DNA of 64,000 bases from Nitrospinota bacterium (GCA_030754595.1 JASLZZ010000129.1:1-64000), one strand, 5' to 3'. Counted from the first letter of the stretch, positions 10,467 through 20,774 are shown. Numbers and translations: made by a program. Notes: a model not told the origin generated them from the sequence alone.

Positions 10467-11051
10467 ATGGCGACAGGAGAGGCCCAGCGGCGCGAGATGG
10501 CCCGCGTGGACGACACGCACGAGATTAGCCACCGCACGATCTCGGTCCTTGAAAAAGAGACCCTTGAGCGCGAAATCATGGAGACCGCAGGCCAGGGGGG
10601 GATGGAATCGGTGGCCACCATCCTCCAGTCAGCCGGCCGGACGGTGGACCCCAAGTCGCCCACCTGGCGCGCCATATCACTGCTCGACCAAAAACTCGAT
10701 CTGCTCATCTCCCTGCTCCAGAAAGAGAACATCAGCCAGGAGGCCGAATTCATCCGCTGCAGCGTCAACGTGAACGGCTCGGGGATTCGCTTCCCGAGCC
10801 AGCAGGTTTACGCGAAAGGGGATTCCCCCTGGATCGCGATGATATTTTCCTCCTCGCCTCCAATGCGGATCGAGGCCGTCGCCCATGTCGGGCGGGCCCA
10901 GAAGTCGGGAAAATTCCTCGAACGCCTGCCCGGCGCCGTCGTCGATATCTCCTCGAAATTCATCGCCATCAGGGCGAATGACAAGGAAGAGATTCTTCGC
11001 TACACCTTCCAGCGCCAGCGCGAGCAGCTAAGGGCCAAGCGCGAGAGTTGA
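10467..11051 (+). CDS. PilZ-domain protein
   Basis: RREMARVD (RxxxR), LDQKLDLLISLL helix, NVNGSGIRF (variant of D/NxSxxG), C-terminal ILRYTFQRQRE. Confidence 0.75.
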   Translation: MATGEAQRREMARVDDTHEISHRTISVLEKETLEREIMETAGQGGMESVATILQSAGRTVDPKSPTWRAISLLDQKLDLLISLLQKENISQEAEFIRCSVNVNGSGIRFPSQQVYAKGDSPWIAMIFSSSPPMRIEAVAHVGRAQKSGKFLERLPGAVVDISSKFIAIRANDKEEILRYTFQRQREQLRAKRES

Positions 11052-11155
11052 CACCCTCAGGCCGCTCCGCAGGAGAGCCCGTCCCCGGCCCATAGCGTAT
11101 TTATTTTTCGTTATGTTTTTTCATCATTATGGATAATCCGTTAGGAGCTTGATCG

Positions 11156-12403
11156 ATGGCCACACCCCTTCCGATGCCAAAACTCGGACTCACCATGGAG
11201 GAAGGCACTATCCTCAAATGGATCAAATCCGAGGGCGAAGAAGTTGAAAAAGGAGAAATGATCCTCCAGATCCAGACCGACAAGGTCGAATACGAGGTGG
11301 AGTCTCCGGACGGGGGAATCCTGCTCAAGACATTCGCGGCCGAGGGTGATGTCGTTCCCTGCGGGGACAACATCGCCGTCATCGGCGCGGAGGGCGAGGA
11401 CACGGGCGCGTTTCAAAACGCCGCCGCCGAGCCCGTGGCTCCCGCACCGGCGCCAACTTCAGAACCAGTGACTCCCGAGCCGGCGGCTCCCGAGCCTGTG
11501 GCTCCTCCAGCCGTCCAGCCCGCCACGGGCCGCGTTCTCGCCAGCCCGGCGGCGCGGCGCGTCGCCCGCGAGTTGGGGGTCGACTACCGCACCCTCCGGG
11601 GATCGGGCCCAGGCGGGCGAATCGTCCAGGCCGACGTCCAGGCGGCAGTCGACTCCGGCGCTCCCCGATCCATGCCGGCCGCACCTCCCGCCGCGCAGAC
11701 TGGGCCTCCCGCAGTGGCTTCCGCTGCTCCGGTCGCCGGCATGCGGAAGGTCATCGTCGAGCGCATGGCCGCCAGCTGGGATCAGGTTCCCCGCATCACC
11801 CTCCAGGCCGAGGTGGACCTCACCAACCTATTGGCGGTGCGCGAAGCCAGCAAGGCGGCCTGGGAAAGCGACCTCGGCGTCAAGATCTCGATCAACGACC
11901 TGATCGTTTTCTACACCGCCCGCGCCGTCCGGCGGTTCCCGCAGGTCAACGTCCAGCTCTCGGGCGGCGAGATATGCCGGATGCAGGATGTGAACATCGG
12001 CCTCGCCGTCGCCGTCGAGGAGGGGCTCATGGTGCCCGTCATCCGGGGCGCGGATCAGAAGTCCATCGACCAGATTTCGCGCGAGTCGCGCCAGCTGGCC
12101 GAGGCCGCCCGGGCCGGTGGCCTCCCGCTGACCGCCTTCGAGGGCGGCACCTTAACGGTCTCGAACCTGGGCGCCTACGGGGTCGATCACTTCTCGGCCA
12201 TCATCAACGCGCCCGAGAGCGCGATACTGACCGTCGGCGCCGCGCGCGAGCGAGCCGTGGTGCGGGGCGGAGAGGTCGTCCCCCGGACCACCTGCTTCAT
12301 CGGAATCAACGCCGACCACCGCATCGTGGACGGCGCCCCGGCGGCCGAGTTCCTCGGAGCGCTCAAGAACACCCTTGAGCACCCCAAGGTCATACCGGCG
12401 TAG
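11156..12403 (+). CDS. Dihydrolipoamide acyltransferase (E2) of a 2-oxoacid/acetoin dehydrogenase complex
   Basis: Lipoyl domain (MPKLG...QTDKVEYEV), PSBD (ASPAARRVA...GSGPGGRI), catalytic DHRIVDG. Confidence 0.93.
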   Translation: MATPLPMPKLGLTMEEGTILKWIKSEGEEVEKGEMILQIQTDKVEYEVESPDGGILLKTFAAEGDVVPCGDNIAVIGAEGEDTGAFQNAAAEPVAPAPAPTSEPVTPEPAAPEPVAPPAVQPATGRVLASPAARRVARELGVDYRTLRGSGPGGRIVQADVQAAVDSGAPRSMPAAPPAAQTGPPAVASAAPVAGMRKVIVERMAASWDQVPRITLQAEVDLTNLLAVREASKAAWESDLGVKISINDLIVFYTARAVRRFPQVNVQLSGGEICRMQDVNIGLAVAVEEGLMVPVIRGADQKSIDQISRESRQLAEAARAGGLPLTAFEGGTLTVSNLGAYGVDHFSAIINAPESAILTVGAARERAVVRGGEVVPRTTCFIGINADHRIVDGAPAAEFLGALKNTLEHPKVIPA

Positions 12404-12543
12404 GTCTAAATAAATATACCATTAACAAACAATAGCTTATGTCGAACAATCTCACCGCGCTCCGAGTATGGTAGAATTTACCTGAGCCCTTCTTGCAGAG
12501 TTCACTCCCCCCGCTATGCCCGGAATGAAGCCTCCGCCCTTCC

Positions 12544-13182
12544 CTAACTCGCCATCTGCCCTGGCTTGCGGTCGGGGCGCTGCATCTCGAAGACATCCTG
12601 GCTCCGGCAGTAGTGGTTCCCTGCCAAGCGGCCGACGGGCTGGAGCAGGACCGGGTCAATGTATTTCTCATCGATCATGACATCCTCCCGGATGTGCCAG
12701 CGGATGACCTCGCCGATGACAAGATGGGTCCGCTCGCCCGGCTCCCCGTTCGTGAGGAGATTGCGGAACTCGCACTCCATGGCCACAGGGGCGGCCGCTA
12801 TCCGCGGGGCGGGAACCAGGTCGGCGGGGACCGCCTCGAGGCCCGCCTCCTCGAACTCGTTCACCTCGGGCGGGTAGTTGCCGGCGCAGATGTTCATCTG
12901 CTCCTCCATCCCGTTCACCACGACATGGATGACGTAACCCTGGGTCTCGAAGATGTTCCGGGTGGTGTGCTTCTGGTCGTTTTCGCGCTCGCCAACCGAG
13001 ATCGAGACCATGGGCGGAGCGTGGGAGACGCAGGTGAAGAAACTGAAGGGGGCGAGGTTCGCTACGCCCGCCTTGCTGACGGTGCTGACCCAGGCGATCG
13101 GGCGCGGCACGACGGTGCCGACCATGAGGCGGTAGATCTGCCGCCGGTCGATGTCGGCGGGGTCGATGGTTCGAAAGCTCAT
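12544..13182 (-). CDS. Flavin reductase-like family protein
   Basis: VVPRPIAWVSTVS...NLAPFSFF, PVAMEC, PVGRLAG. Confidence 0.9.
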   Translation of the reverse strand: MSFRTIDPADIDRRQIYRLMVGTVVPRPIAWVSTVSKAGVANLAPFSFFTCVSHAPPMVSISVGERENDQKHTTRNIFETQGYVIHVVVNGMEEQMNICAGNYPPEVNEFEEAGLEAVPADLVPAPRIAAAPVAMECEFRNLLTNGEPGERTHLVIGEVIRWHIREDVMIDEKYIDPVLLQPVGRLAGNHYCRSQDVFEMQRPDRKPGQMAS

Positions 13183-13263
13183 CGGGGATGCTCCTCTCTA
13201 TTATCGGGAAAATAGCGGGCGCGGCACCGTCCAAATCGCCCGTGCCGCAGGCACCGCTCAGGG

Positions 13264-15498
13264 TTAAAAATAGTCGTCGTATTCGTAGCGAAGGCCGTCC
13301 GGCTCGTCCGGGTCGGCGGGGCGGCTGAGGGTCCGCTCGGGCGAGCCACCCTCCCAGGGTGAATCGCTCTCCTGGGGCGGGGCGTCCTCCCCCTGGGGAA
13401 CGCCCACCTCCCGGGCCGGGGCGGTGTCCTCCTCGAGCGACCACCGCTCGTACAAATCCTCGGGAAGCTCCGAGACGAAGCGCGAGATGCGCGAGAATAC
13501 GCCCATCCGCCGGCTGTCGCTCTCGAGCATCGGATAGCACAGGTGAAGGTCGTCCTTCGTCCGCGTCAGGCCGACATAGAACAGGCGGCGCTCCTCCTCC
13601 TCCCCGTCGGGGTCGGCGAGGGCCCGCTGGTGGGGAAAGTGGCTGTCGGTGAGCCATATCATGAAGACGACGCGCCACTCGAGCCCCTTGGCCTGGTGAA
13701 TCGAGCTCAGGACGACGGACTCCTCGGGTGCCTCCGTTCCGCCGGGCGCCGTTCCCTCGGCGGCGACCGAGCCCATCAGTGCCAGGTCCGAGAGGAAGGT
13801 CTCTGGCGATTCGTACTGCATGGCGAACTCGGCAAGCTGGTTGATGTCCTCGACCCGGGCCGGGGCGTTGTCGAAGGCCGCCTGCATATAACTCTCGTAA
13901 AATCTATCGAGGACAAGGGAGATCATCTCGGTGGGGGGCGGCATCTTTCCTCCGCCGGGGGCGGTTCCCCCACCCTCTTTTCCGGGCCGCCCGAGGCCGA
14001 CTAGGTCGGCGATCAGCCCCCGGAACACCTCCCAGCTCTCGCGCGCGCCCCGAGGGATGATTTCCGCTCCTCCCACACAGGCGAAGCGGAGCGGGTCCTC
14101 CTGCGCCCTCAGCACATTCCAGATGCGGGCCGCCGTCGCCTCCCCGATCCGGGGCAGAAGCTTGAGCGCCCGCTTCCAGGCAAGCTCGTCGGCCGGACAG
14201 GCGACCAGCCGCACGAAGGCGGTGACATCCTTGATGTGGCGCTGCTCGAAGAAGCGGAGTCCGCTCCTGATCTCGAAGGGTATGCCCCGACGTGTGAGTT
14301 CCATCTGGACTTCCATCGAGTGGTAGTGCGCCCGGTAGAGAACGGCCATCTCCGAGAGGGGGATTCCCTCGTCGCTCAGCTCGAGGATCCGCTGGGCGAT
14401 GAAGTCGGCCTGCTGGAGCACCTCGCGGCAGGGGACGAGGGCGGGCAACGGACCCGCCCCCCGGGTGGTGGCGAGTTCTTTTTTGAACTGACGGCGATTG
14501 TGGAGGATCGAGGCGTTCGCCAGCGTAAGGATCGGCTGGGTGCTCCGGTAGTTCGCCTCGAGCCGGAACAGCCGCGCCCCAGGGTAGCGGTCCGGGAATG
14601 TGATGATGTTCTCGAAGTGGGCTCCCCTGAAGCTGTAGATGCTCTGGGCGTCGTCCCCCACCACGGTCAGATTTTTATGACCCCCGCCCAGGAGGTCGAT
14701 GATGTCGGCCTGGATTTTGTTCGTGTCTTGATACTCGTCCACGAGTACGTGCCGGAAGCGCTCCTGGTAGAGGGCGCGGACGTCCTCGTGCCCGGCGAGC
14801 AGGGCGCGCGTGTGGGTGAGGAGGTCCGAGAAATCCATCGCCTGGATTTCCTTCTTGCGGGTCCGGTAGGCCTCGGCCACCCCCTCGACCTCGGCGATCC
14901 GGTCCGCCAGATAGGGCGCACGGTCCATCACGGCGTCGGCCATCCCGCGATCGGTGTCGGCCGAGAAGGAGAGAAGGGACTCGAGGACTCTTCCCTTGGG
15001 GAAATGTTTTTCCTTCGGGTCCACCCCGGCCAGGCGGATGCAGTCGCTCACGAGGTCCGTGGCGTCTTCCCGGTCGAGGATAGTGAAGTTTTGCCCGAAG
15101 CCGAGAAGAGTGGAATGGTTCCTGAGGATCAGGTTTCCCACGTGATGGAAGGTGCCGCCCCAGATGCGCCGCACGTCGTACTGGATCAGCGTCGCCACGC
15201 GGTGGAGCATTTCGCGTGAGGCGCGGTTGGTGAAGGTGAGAAGAAGAATCGACTCGGGCCGCACACCGTCCTCGACAAGACGCGCGAGGCGGTAGGTGAC
15301 GGTGCGCGTCTTGCCGCTGCCGGCGCCGGCGATCACAAGGAGCGGGCCGCCGCCAGCCATCACGACATCGAGCTGTTGCGGGTTGAGCTCGTCCTCGTAG
15401 GCGAGCCCGCCCGATCGCGAAGCGGGAGAACGCTTGAGGGTGTACTTTCTTCCACCCCTTGTGAGACTTCCGCCGCCGGACGAGCCGGAACCAGTCAT
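13264..15498 (-). CDS. UvrD/PcrA-family ATP-dependent DNA helicase
   Basis: AGAGSGKT, LLTFTNRA, VLVDEYQD, VGDDAQSIYSFRGA, NYRS, SIHQAKGLEW, EERRLFYV; start at ATG 15498 more likely than 15636. Confidence 0.95.
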   Translation of the reverse strand: MTGSGSSGGGSLTRGGRKYTLKRSPASRSGGLAYEDELNPQQLDVVMAGGGPLLVIAGAGSGKTRTVTYRLARLVEDGVRPESILLLTFTNRASREMLHRVATLIQYDVRRIWGGTFHHVGNLILRNHSTLLGFGQNFTILDREDATDLVSDCIRLAGVDPKEKHFPKGRVLESLLSFSADTDRGMADAVMDRAPYLADRIAEVEGVAEAYRTRKKEIQAMDFSDLLTHTRALLAGHEDVRALYQERFRHVLVDEYQDTNKIQADIIDLLGGGHKNLTVVGDDAQSIYSFRGAHFENIITFPDRYPGARLFRLEANYRSTQPILTLANASILHNRRQFKKELATTRGAGPLPALVPCREVLQQADFIAQRILELSDEGIPLSEMAVLYRAHYHSMEVQMELTRRGIPFEIRSGLRFFEQRHIKDVTAFVRLVACPADELAWKRALKLLPRIGEATAARIWNVLRAQEDPLRFACVGGAEIIPRGARESWEVFRGLIADLVGLGRPGKEGGGTAPGGGKMPPPTEMISLVLDRFYESYMQAAFDNAPARVEDINQLAEFAMQYESPETFLSDLALMGSVAAEGTAPGGTEAPEESVVLSSIHQAKGLEWRVVFMIWLTDSHFPHQRALADPDGEEEERRLFYVGLTRTKDDLHLCYPMLESDSRRMGVFSRISRFVSELPEDLYERWSLEEDTAPAREVGVPQGEDAPPQESDSPWEGGSPERTLSRPADPDEPDGLRYEYDDYF

Positions 15499-15621
15499 AT
15501 CATCGCGCTCCGAGCGCTCCGGCTGCGGGCGGGGGGACCGGCGCGCATGGGCTCCGGATTGACTTATCCGAAGCGGGCCGCTAGATTGCCCATGGTACAT
15601 CCCCAACCGGGAGCCTTCCAA

Positions 15622-15813
15622 ATGAGCATTTATCAATCATTTTTCGACGGCATGGCCCTTGGGTTCTTCCTGGGCATTTTGACGTTTTACCTTGTCTACC
15701 GCTACAAGATCAGGCGCTCCAAAAAACCCAAGGACGACATCGACAACCTTGTCGATGACATCAAGAGCTACTACCGGGGCGTATCCGAAAGAAAATCGGA
15801 CGACTTCGAATAG
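15622..15813 (+). CDS. Small single-TM hypothetical protein (63 aa)
   Basis: GGGAG RBS at 15609-15613; MSIYQSFFDGMALGFFLGILTFYLVYRYKIRRSKK hydrophobic helix, then basic residues and an acidic tail; fills an intergenic gap. Confidence 0.7.
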   Translation: MSIYQSFFDGMALGFFLGILTFYLVYRYKIRRSKKPKDDIDNLVDDIKSYYRGVSERKSDDFE

Positions 15814-15875
15814 AGACCGGTTTTCCTCCGTTCACCGAAACCCTCCACCGCGCCGTCACTTTCGCGCTACCGCTC

Positions 15876-16517
15876 TCAATGATAGGGCTTCTCGTTCGAG
15901 GCCAGCGCCGAGCCCAGGTGGGAGAGTGCGTTCATCATCACCACCCCCCAGCCCCGGACCTCGTCGTATTCGACGAGGTTGATTGCGGCGTTATGTTGGC
16001 GAATCGCCCGCATGTCGTTCAGATCGATACGGAGAATCCGGCAGAGGAGCGTCGTAATCGCGAGGTTGTGGCTGACGGCGACGACCATCTCGCCCGGGTG
16101 ACGGCTGTGAATCGACTCGACGGCTGCCCAGGCACGCTTCTGCAAATCGGGCAGGCTCTCGCCGCCGGGCGTCAGAGCCTCGGCCGGCCGCTCCCGCCAG
16201 AGGTCCCAGAAGCCATTGTACTTTTCCTTGACGTCGGCGATCCGCATCCCCTCGAGGTCGCCCTGGTTGAGTTCGGCAAGACCGGTTTCCTCATGGAGAG
16301 GGAGGCCGCCCAGCCCCTCGGCCAGAATCCCCGCCGTCTCCCGGGCGCGGATCAGCGGGCTTGAATAGATCGCCGCTATCGGGCGGCCCGCCAGGGGCGG
16401 AATCAAGGCCCTGGCCTGAGCCAGGCCGACTTCGTTCAGGGGTTGGTCGGAGACGCCCTGGATCCGGTTTTCGGCATTCCAGGCCGTCTCGCCGTGGCGA
16501 AGCAGGTAGAGAAACAA
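15876..16517 (-). CDS. Histidine phosphatase (phosphoglycerate mutase/CobC/PhoE family)
   Basis: LRHGET, SSPLIRARETA, LAELNQG, VSHN. Confidence 0.93.
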   Translation of the reverse strand: MFLYLLRHGETAWNAENRIQGVSDQPLNEVGLAQARALIPPLAGRPIAAIYSSPLIRARETAGILAEGLGGLPLHEETGLAELNQGDLEGMRIADVKEKYNGFWDLWRERPAEALTPGGESLPDLQKRAWAAVESIHSRHPGEMVVAVSHNLAITTLLCRILRIDLNDMRAIRQHNAAINLVEYDEVRGWGVVMMNALSHLGSALASNEKPYH

Positions 16518-16566
16518 CGGATATACTCCGGGCAGCGCTATCGGTGGTTTGCGTAAGGGGCGCCGG

Positions 16567-17100
16567 TCAGTTTTCGAATTTCAGAAAATCGTCCGGCTTG
16601 AGGTCTTCGAGCCACTTCTTGACTTCCTCGGTGTCGTCCTCGAGGGGCTTTTCCCGGGACTCCGGTCCCTTGTCGCCGCCCTCTTCTTCTTCGGACTCGG
16701 TGAATTCGATGCTCTTCGCCTCCTCGAGCACTTTCTCCTCGACAAAGATCGGCGCGCTCATCCGGAGGGCCAGCGCGATGGCGTCCGAGGGCCTCGAGTC
16801 GATGGATATCTCCGAGCCGTTCATCGCGAGGTAGATCTCGGCAAAAAAAGTATTGTCGCGCAGATCGCTCACGAGGATGCGGGTCACCTTCCCCTCGACG
16901 CCGTTGATGATGTTCTTGATCAGGTCGTGGGTCATCGGCCTCGGCGTCTCGAACTCCTCTATCTCGCGGGCGATGGCGTGCGCTTCGAAAATACCCACCC
17001 ATATCGGGAGAGAGCGTTCGCCCTCCGTTTCCTGGAGGATGACAATCGGAACATTCGTCAAGTGATCAAGGGTGAGCCCTTTCACTTTCATTTCGATCAT
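16567..17100 (-). CDS. Bifunctional nuclease family protein (DUF151)
   Basis: LPIWVGIFEA, PRPMTHDL, IDSRPSDAIALA; commonly adjacent to miaB. Confidence 0.93.
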   Translation of the reverse strand: MIEMKVKGLTLDHLTNVPIVILQETEGERSLPIWVGIFEAHAIAREIEEFETPRPMTHDLIKNIINGVEGKVTRILVSDLRDNTFFAEIYLAMNGSEISIDSRPSDAIALALRMSAPIFVEEKVLEEAKSIEFTESEEEEGGDKGPESREKPLEDDTEEVKKWLEDLKPDDFLKFEN

Positions 17101-18500
17101 GTTGCTCTTTCCTCCAATACCGCGCCTTGGGGCAAAGCCACTCCACCGAGGTTGCTGACACTACCCCGGAGAACCTCCACCTCCACCATCTCACCGATTT
17201 GGGGGGGCGGTCCCTCGAAATGGAAGTGTACCCGATGATTCGCCCGGCTGCGACCCATATAACGGCGGGGGGCGGAAATCTGGAGGAGCCCGCCCCCGGA
17301 TTCGCCTCCACCGGGCGAGTTTCCGGCCTTTTCACGCAACGGGCCCTCGACCATCACCTCGACCACCGACCCCTCGAGCCCGCGATGAAGCTCTTCCGAT
17401 ATTTCGCGCTGAAGCTGCTGAACAACCCTAAAACGTTCGTCTTTCGCCTCATCCGCCACCTGGCCGGCCATGCCGTCGGCCGGGGTCCCCGGCCGCGGCG
17501 AGTATTTAAAAAGGTAGATATTATCGTAGCGCGACTCTTTCAGAACCCGGAGGGTATCCTCGAAATCAGCGTCGGTCTCCCCCGGAAACCCGACGATAAT
17601 ATCCGAAGTGATCGCCCCGCCCGGCACCCGTTCGCGATAGAGGGCCATCTTGGCCAGATATTCCTCGGCAGTGTAGCCGCGCTCCATCCTCCGGAGAACT
17701 TCGTCGCTGCCCGACTGGACGGGCAGGTGAAGGTGCTCGCACACTTTTTCGCACTCGGCCATCGCGCCGATCATGTCCTCGCCGCAATCCTGAGGGTTGG
17801 AGGTCATGAAGCGGATCCTCTCAAGGCCTTGGGCCTCGTCCAACCGGCGGAGGAGGCCGCCGAACGTCGGCTCGCCCTCCGTCTTTTTTCCGTAGGAATT
17901 GACGTTCTGGCCCAGAAGATGGATTTCCCGGAATCCCTCCCGGACGGCGGCCTCGATCTCCTCGACGATCAGGGCGCTCGGCTTGCTCCACTCAGGCCCG
18001 CGCGTATAGGGGACAACGCAAAACGAGCAGAAATTATCGCAGCCGCGAGCGATGCTCACATAGGCACTTGGGCCGCAGCTCCGGCGAATGGGCGCGAGTT
18101 CCGAGAAATCGGGTTCGACCGTTTCGGTGTCGCAGACCCTTCCCGCCTCGATCCCCCGGAGCATCTCGGGAAGTTTCGAGATGTTCTGGGTACCGAAAAT
18201 CAGATCGACGTCCCCGTTTCTTTTGGCGATGCGCTCGCCCTCACGGGTGGCGAAGCAACCGCAGACCCCGATTTTCAGGTTCGGATTTTTTTTCTTGAGT
18301 TTGCGCAGACGGCCCAGCTGGCTGAACACCTTCTGCTCGGCGCGGTCGCGGATGGAGCAGGTGTTGAGAAGAATCAGGTCCGCGCCCTCAGGGTCGTCGC
18401 CGGGCTCGTAGCCTTCAGCGGTCAGATAGCCGGTGATCGTCTCCGAGTCGTAGCGGTTCATCTGACAACCGTAGGTGATGATGGTGAATCGCTTGCTCAA
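17097..18500 (-). CDS. miaB: tRNA-2-methylthio-N6-dimethylallyladenosine synthase
   Basis: TYGCQMN, LNTCSIR, CDNFCSFC radical-SAM motif, YSPRPGTPA, TRAM domain; TTG 18500 preceded by AGGAGA. Confidence 0.95.
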   Translation of the reverse strand: MSKRFTIITYGCQMNRYDSETITGYLTAEGYEPGDDPEGADLILLNTCSIRDRAEQKVFSQLGRLRKLKKKNPNLKIGVCGCFATREGERIAKRNGDVDLIFGTQNISKLPEMLRGIEAGRVCDTETVEPDFSELAPIRRSCGPSAYVSIARGCDNFCSFCVVPYTRGPEWSKPSALIVEEIEAAVREGFREIHLLGQNVNSYGKKTEGEPTFGGLLRRLDEAQGLERIRFMTSNPQDCGEDMIGAMAECEKVCEHLHLPVQSGSDEVLRRMERGYTAEEYLAKMALYRERVPGGAITSDIIVGFPGETDADFEDTLRVLKESRYDNIYLFKYSPRPGTPADGMAGQVADEAKDERFRVVQQLQREISEELHRGLEGSVVEVMVEGPLREKAGNSPGGGESGGGLLQISAPRRYMGRSRANHRVHFHFEGPPPQIGEMVEVEVLRGSVSNLGGVALPQGAVLEERAT

Positions 18501-18704
18501 TTCTCCTGAACTCCCAGTGCGATCGTTCGGCCGTCGGCGTGCGATGTGCAACCGTGCGACAACGCCTACTTTATCATATCGACCTTGCATTTTCTTTAGG
18601 CTATCGTTCGGGGGTGTGATTCCAGGCATTAAACGGGACCGGGGCAACGGAACTGGAGGGCTACCCGCGCTCCACCACCATTGCCCCTATCGGGAGGACG
18701 GGCG

Positions 18705-19319
18705 TTGAGGGCGCTGTGTTTTCACGGGCGGAGGGAGGCCGGCATGTGCGGAGACTTCCTCAACGCGGCCCGGCTCATCGGCGGCGCGGCGGACCGGGCA
18801 GGGCTTTCGGCCCAGGTGCGGACGTCGATGTGGCCCGCGCCGCCGGGAGGAGCCGACCGAGCGATAATCCGCATCGCCCCCGAATCGCTCCGTGATCTGA
18901 GCGTTCCCAGAAAATACGACCTCGAGGTGATCTGCGAGCCCTCGCTGGCGGTCATCCCCCCCATGGGCGGCGCCCTGCTCCTCGGAGGCGTCCTCCTCGT
19001 CAACGCTCCGGTTCCTCCGAAAACTCCACCGGACGGCCCTCCTGTTTTCTCAGCCGATCTCGGCGCGCTGGCCGCCCGGCTGGGGGCTCCCCTCGCCTTC
19101 GCCCTCGCCGGGTCCGCCTGGGCGGCGATGGCGGCACTGACCCCCGAGATGGCGTTTCCTCTCGGGGCCATTGAATCCGCCGCACCAGATGCGGGTGGCA
19201 CACCAAGTGCCGGGGGCACACCTTTGGGGGAGGCCGAAATAAAACTCCTCCGGGCGGGGTTTGAGCAGGGCGCGGCCCTTCTGGCCGGGTTCGCTCCGGA
19301 CGGAGATCGCGCCCGTTGA
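18705..19319 (+). CDS. Degenerate stand-alone homolog of 2-oxoacid:ferredoxin oxidoreductase gamma subunit
   Basis: LCFHGRREAG (cf. IRFHGRGGQG), AIIRIA, YDLEVICEPSL, GGVLLVNA follow the PorG/domain III pattern; GGAGG before TTG 18705. Confidence 0.6.
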   Translation: MRALCFHGRREAGMCGDFLNAARLIGGAADRAGLSAQVRTSMWPAPPGGADRAIIRIAPESLRDLSVPRKYDLEVICEPSLAVIPPMGGALLLGGVLLVNAPVPPKTPPDGPPVFSADLGALAARLGAPLAFALAGSAWAAMAALTPEMAFPLGAIESAAPDAGGTPSAGGTPLGEAEIKLLRAGFEQGAALLAGFAPDGDRAR

Positions 19320-19478
19320 CGACGCCTCCCGGCCGCGGCTAGGGTGTCACCGAAAAATCGCCCCGCTCTTCATCGCTACCAAACGCTTTTCACCGCCGCC
19401 GCTGCTAACCATCGCCCGGAACCGGCTCCTGGAAGGGCATCGCCCCCCGAAAGGACCCGCGCCGCCAGGAAGACCGCG

Positions 19479-20774
19479 ATGAAATATCACCGCCTATTAA
19501 AGGGAATGGCCTGTCTGGGGATGGCCGCCGGGCTGACCGGTTGCGCCGCCGTACGGTCCGCTCTTTTTCCCGCCTGCCCTTTTTCCGCAGGCTCTCGACC
19601 CGCCGCTCGGGGCGAAACCCCTTTCGAGGTGGGCCTCTGGGTTCAGGCCGAGGGAAGCCAGCGGACCCTGGACAACGCAGATAAGATTAGGGCCCTCGTG
19701 GCGCAGGCGCGCAAATCGGGCGTCACCGACATCTACGCCCAGGTCTACCGGAGCGGGCGGGCCTGGTTTCCAACCCGCTACGCCGACGACTCGCCCGCCC
19801 GGCGCGCGGGGGGCGATCCGCTGGCCTATCTCCTGAAACTCGCGACGGAAGCCCCTGGAGGGAGTGCGATCCGGGTGCACGCCTGGATCAACGCCTTCTC
19901 GTTGGCCAGGAATGCGAAGGCGCTCATCATCTCGGACCTGGGCGATGAGGCCGTCCTTCGCGATCAGTTCGGTCACTCGCTTCTCGAATACCCCCCGAGC
20001 GGGAAACCCCCCTGGGCGAAGGGATTCGGACTCGGGACACCGGGGATATTCCTCGACCCGGCCCATCTGGGAGTCCGGCGGCGGCTCGTCATCATCGCCT
20101 CCGAACTCCTCCGCCGGTATCCTTCCCTCGCGGGAATTCATCTCGACTTCATCCGCTACCCCTACGCCCTGCCCATCTCGCCGGGCTCGCGCTTTTCCCC
20201 CCGCCTCGATTTCGGCTACGGACGGGACTCGGTGGCCCGCTTCCGGCAGGAGACGGGCCGCCGGGCCCCGCTGGCCGGGGCATCGGTCTCCCGGCCCGAC
20301 TACGAGGCCTGGGACACATGGCGCCGGAGGCAGGTGACCGAGGCCGTCCGTGAGGTTTTGGGCACGATTCGGGCGATACGGCCCGCCTCGCGCCTCTCGG
20401 CCGCCCTTTTGCCCTGGCCAGAGCGGGCCTATTTGTCCTCGTTTCAGGACTGGCGGAGCTGGCTGCGCGAGGGGCTTCTCGACAAGGCGATCGTGATGAA
20501 TTATTCGAGGGACATGACCCTTGCCTCCGAGATCAACTGGAGTGCGGCAGCCACAAGAAACACTTCAAGAAACCCGGCCAAACAATTGATAATAATTGGC
20601 TTAGGCGTATGGCTTTTCGAGGAAAATCCCCCCGCCCTCTGGCGCCAATGGCGGGACGCCCGCCTCGCGGGAGTTGATGGCGTCGCCCTGTTCTCCTACG
20701 ATCAGATGGCCGGTAAATCTGGATTTTGGCGCTTCCCTCGCCCCAAAACCTCGTCGTTACAAAGGATTCCATAA
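19479..20774 (+). CDS. GHL10/YddW-like glycoside hydrolase family lipoprotein
   Basis: Lipobox LTGC; IYAQV, DPLAYLL, VHAWIN, FLDPAH, GIHLDFIRYP, QDWRSWLREG. Confidence 0.85.
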   Translation: MKYHRLLKGMACLGMAAGLTGCAAVRSALFPACPFSAGSRPAARGETPFEVGLWVQAEGSQRTLDNADKIRALVAQARKSGVTDIYAQVYRSGRAWFPTRYADDSPARRAGGDPLAYLLKLATEAPGGSAIRVHAWINAFSLARNAKALIISDLGDEAVLRDQFGHSLLEYPPSGKPPWAKGFGLGTPGIFLDPAHLGVRRRLVIIASELLRRYPSLAGIHLDFIRYPYALPISPGSRFSPRLDFGYGRDSVARFRQETGRRAPLAGASVSRPDYEAWDTWRRRQVTEAVREVLGTIRAIRPASRLSAALLPWPERAYLSSFQDWRSWLREGLLDKAIVMNYSRDMTLASEINWSAAATRNTSRNPAKQLIIIGLGVWLFEENPPALWRQWRDARLAGVDGVALFSYDQMAGKSGFWRFPRPKTSSLQRIP

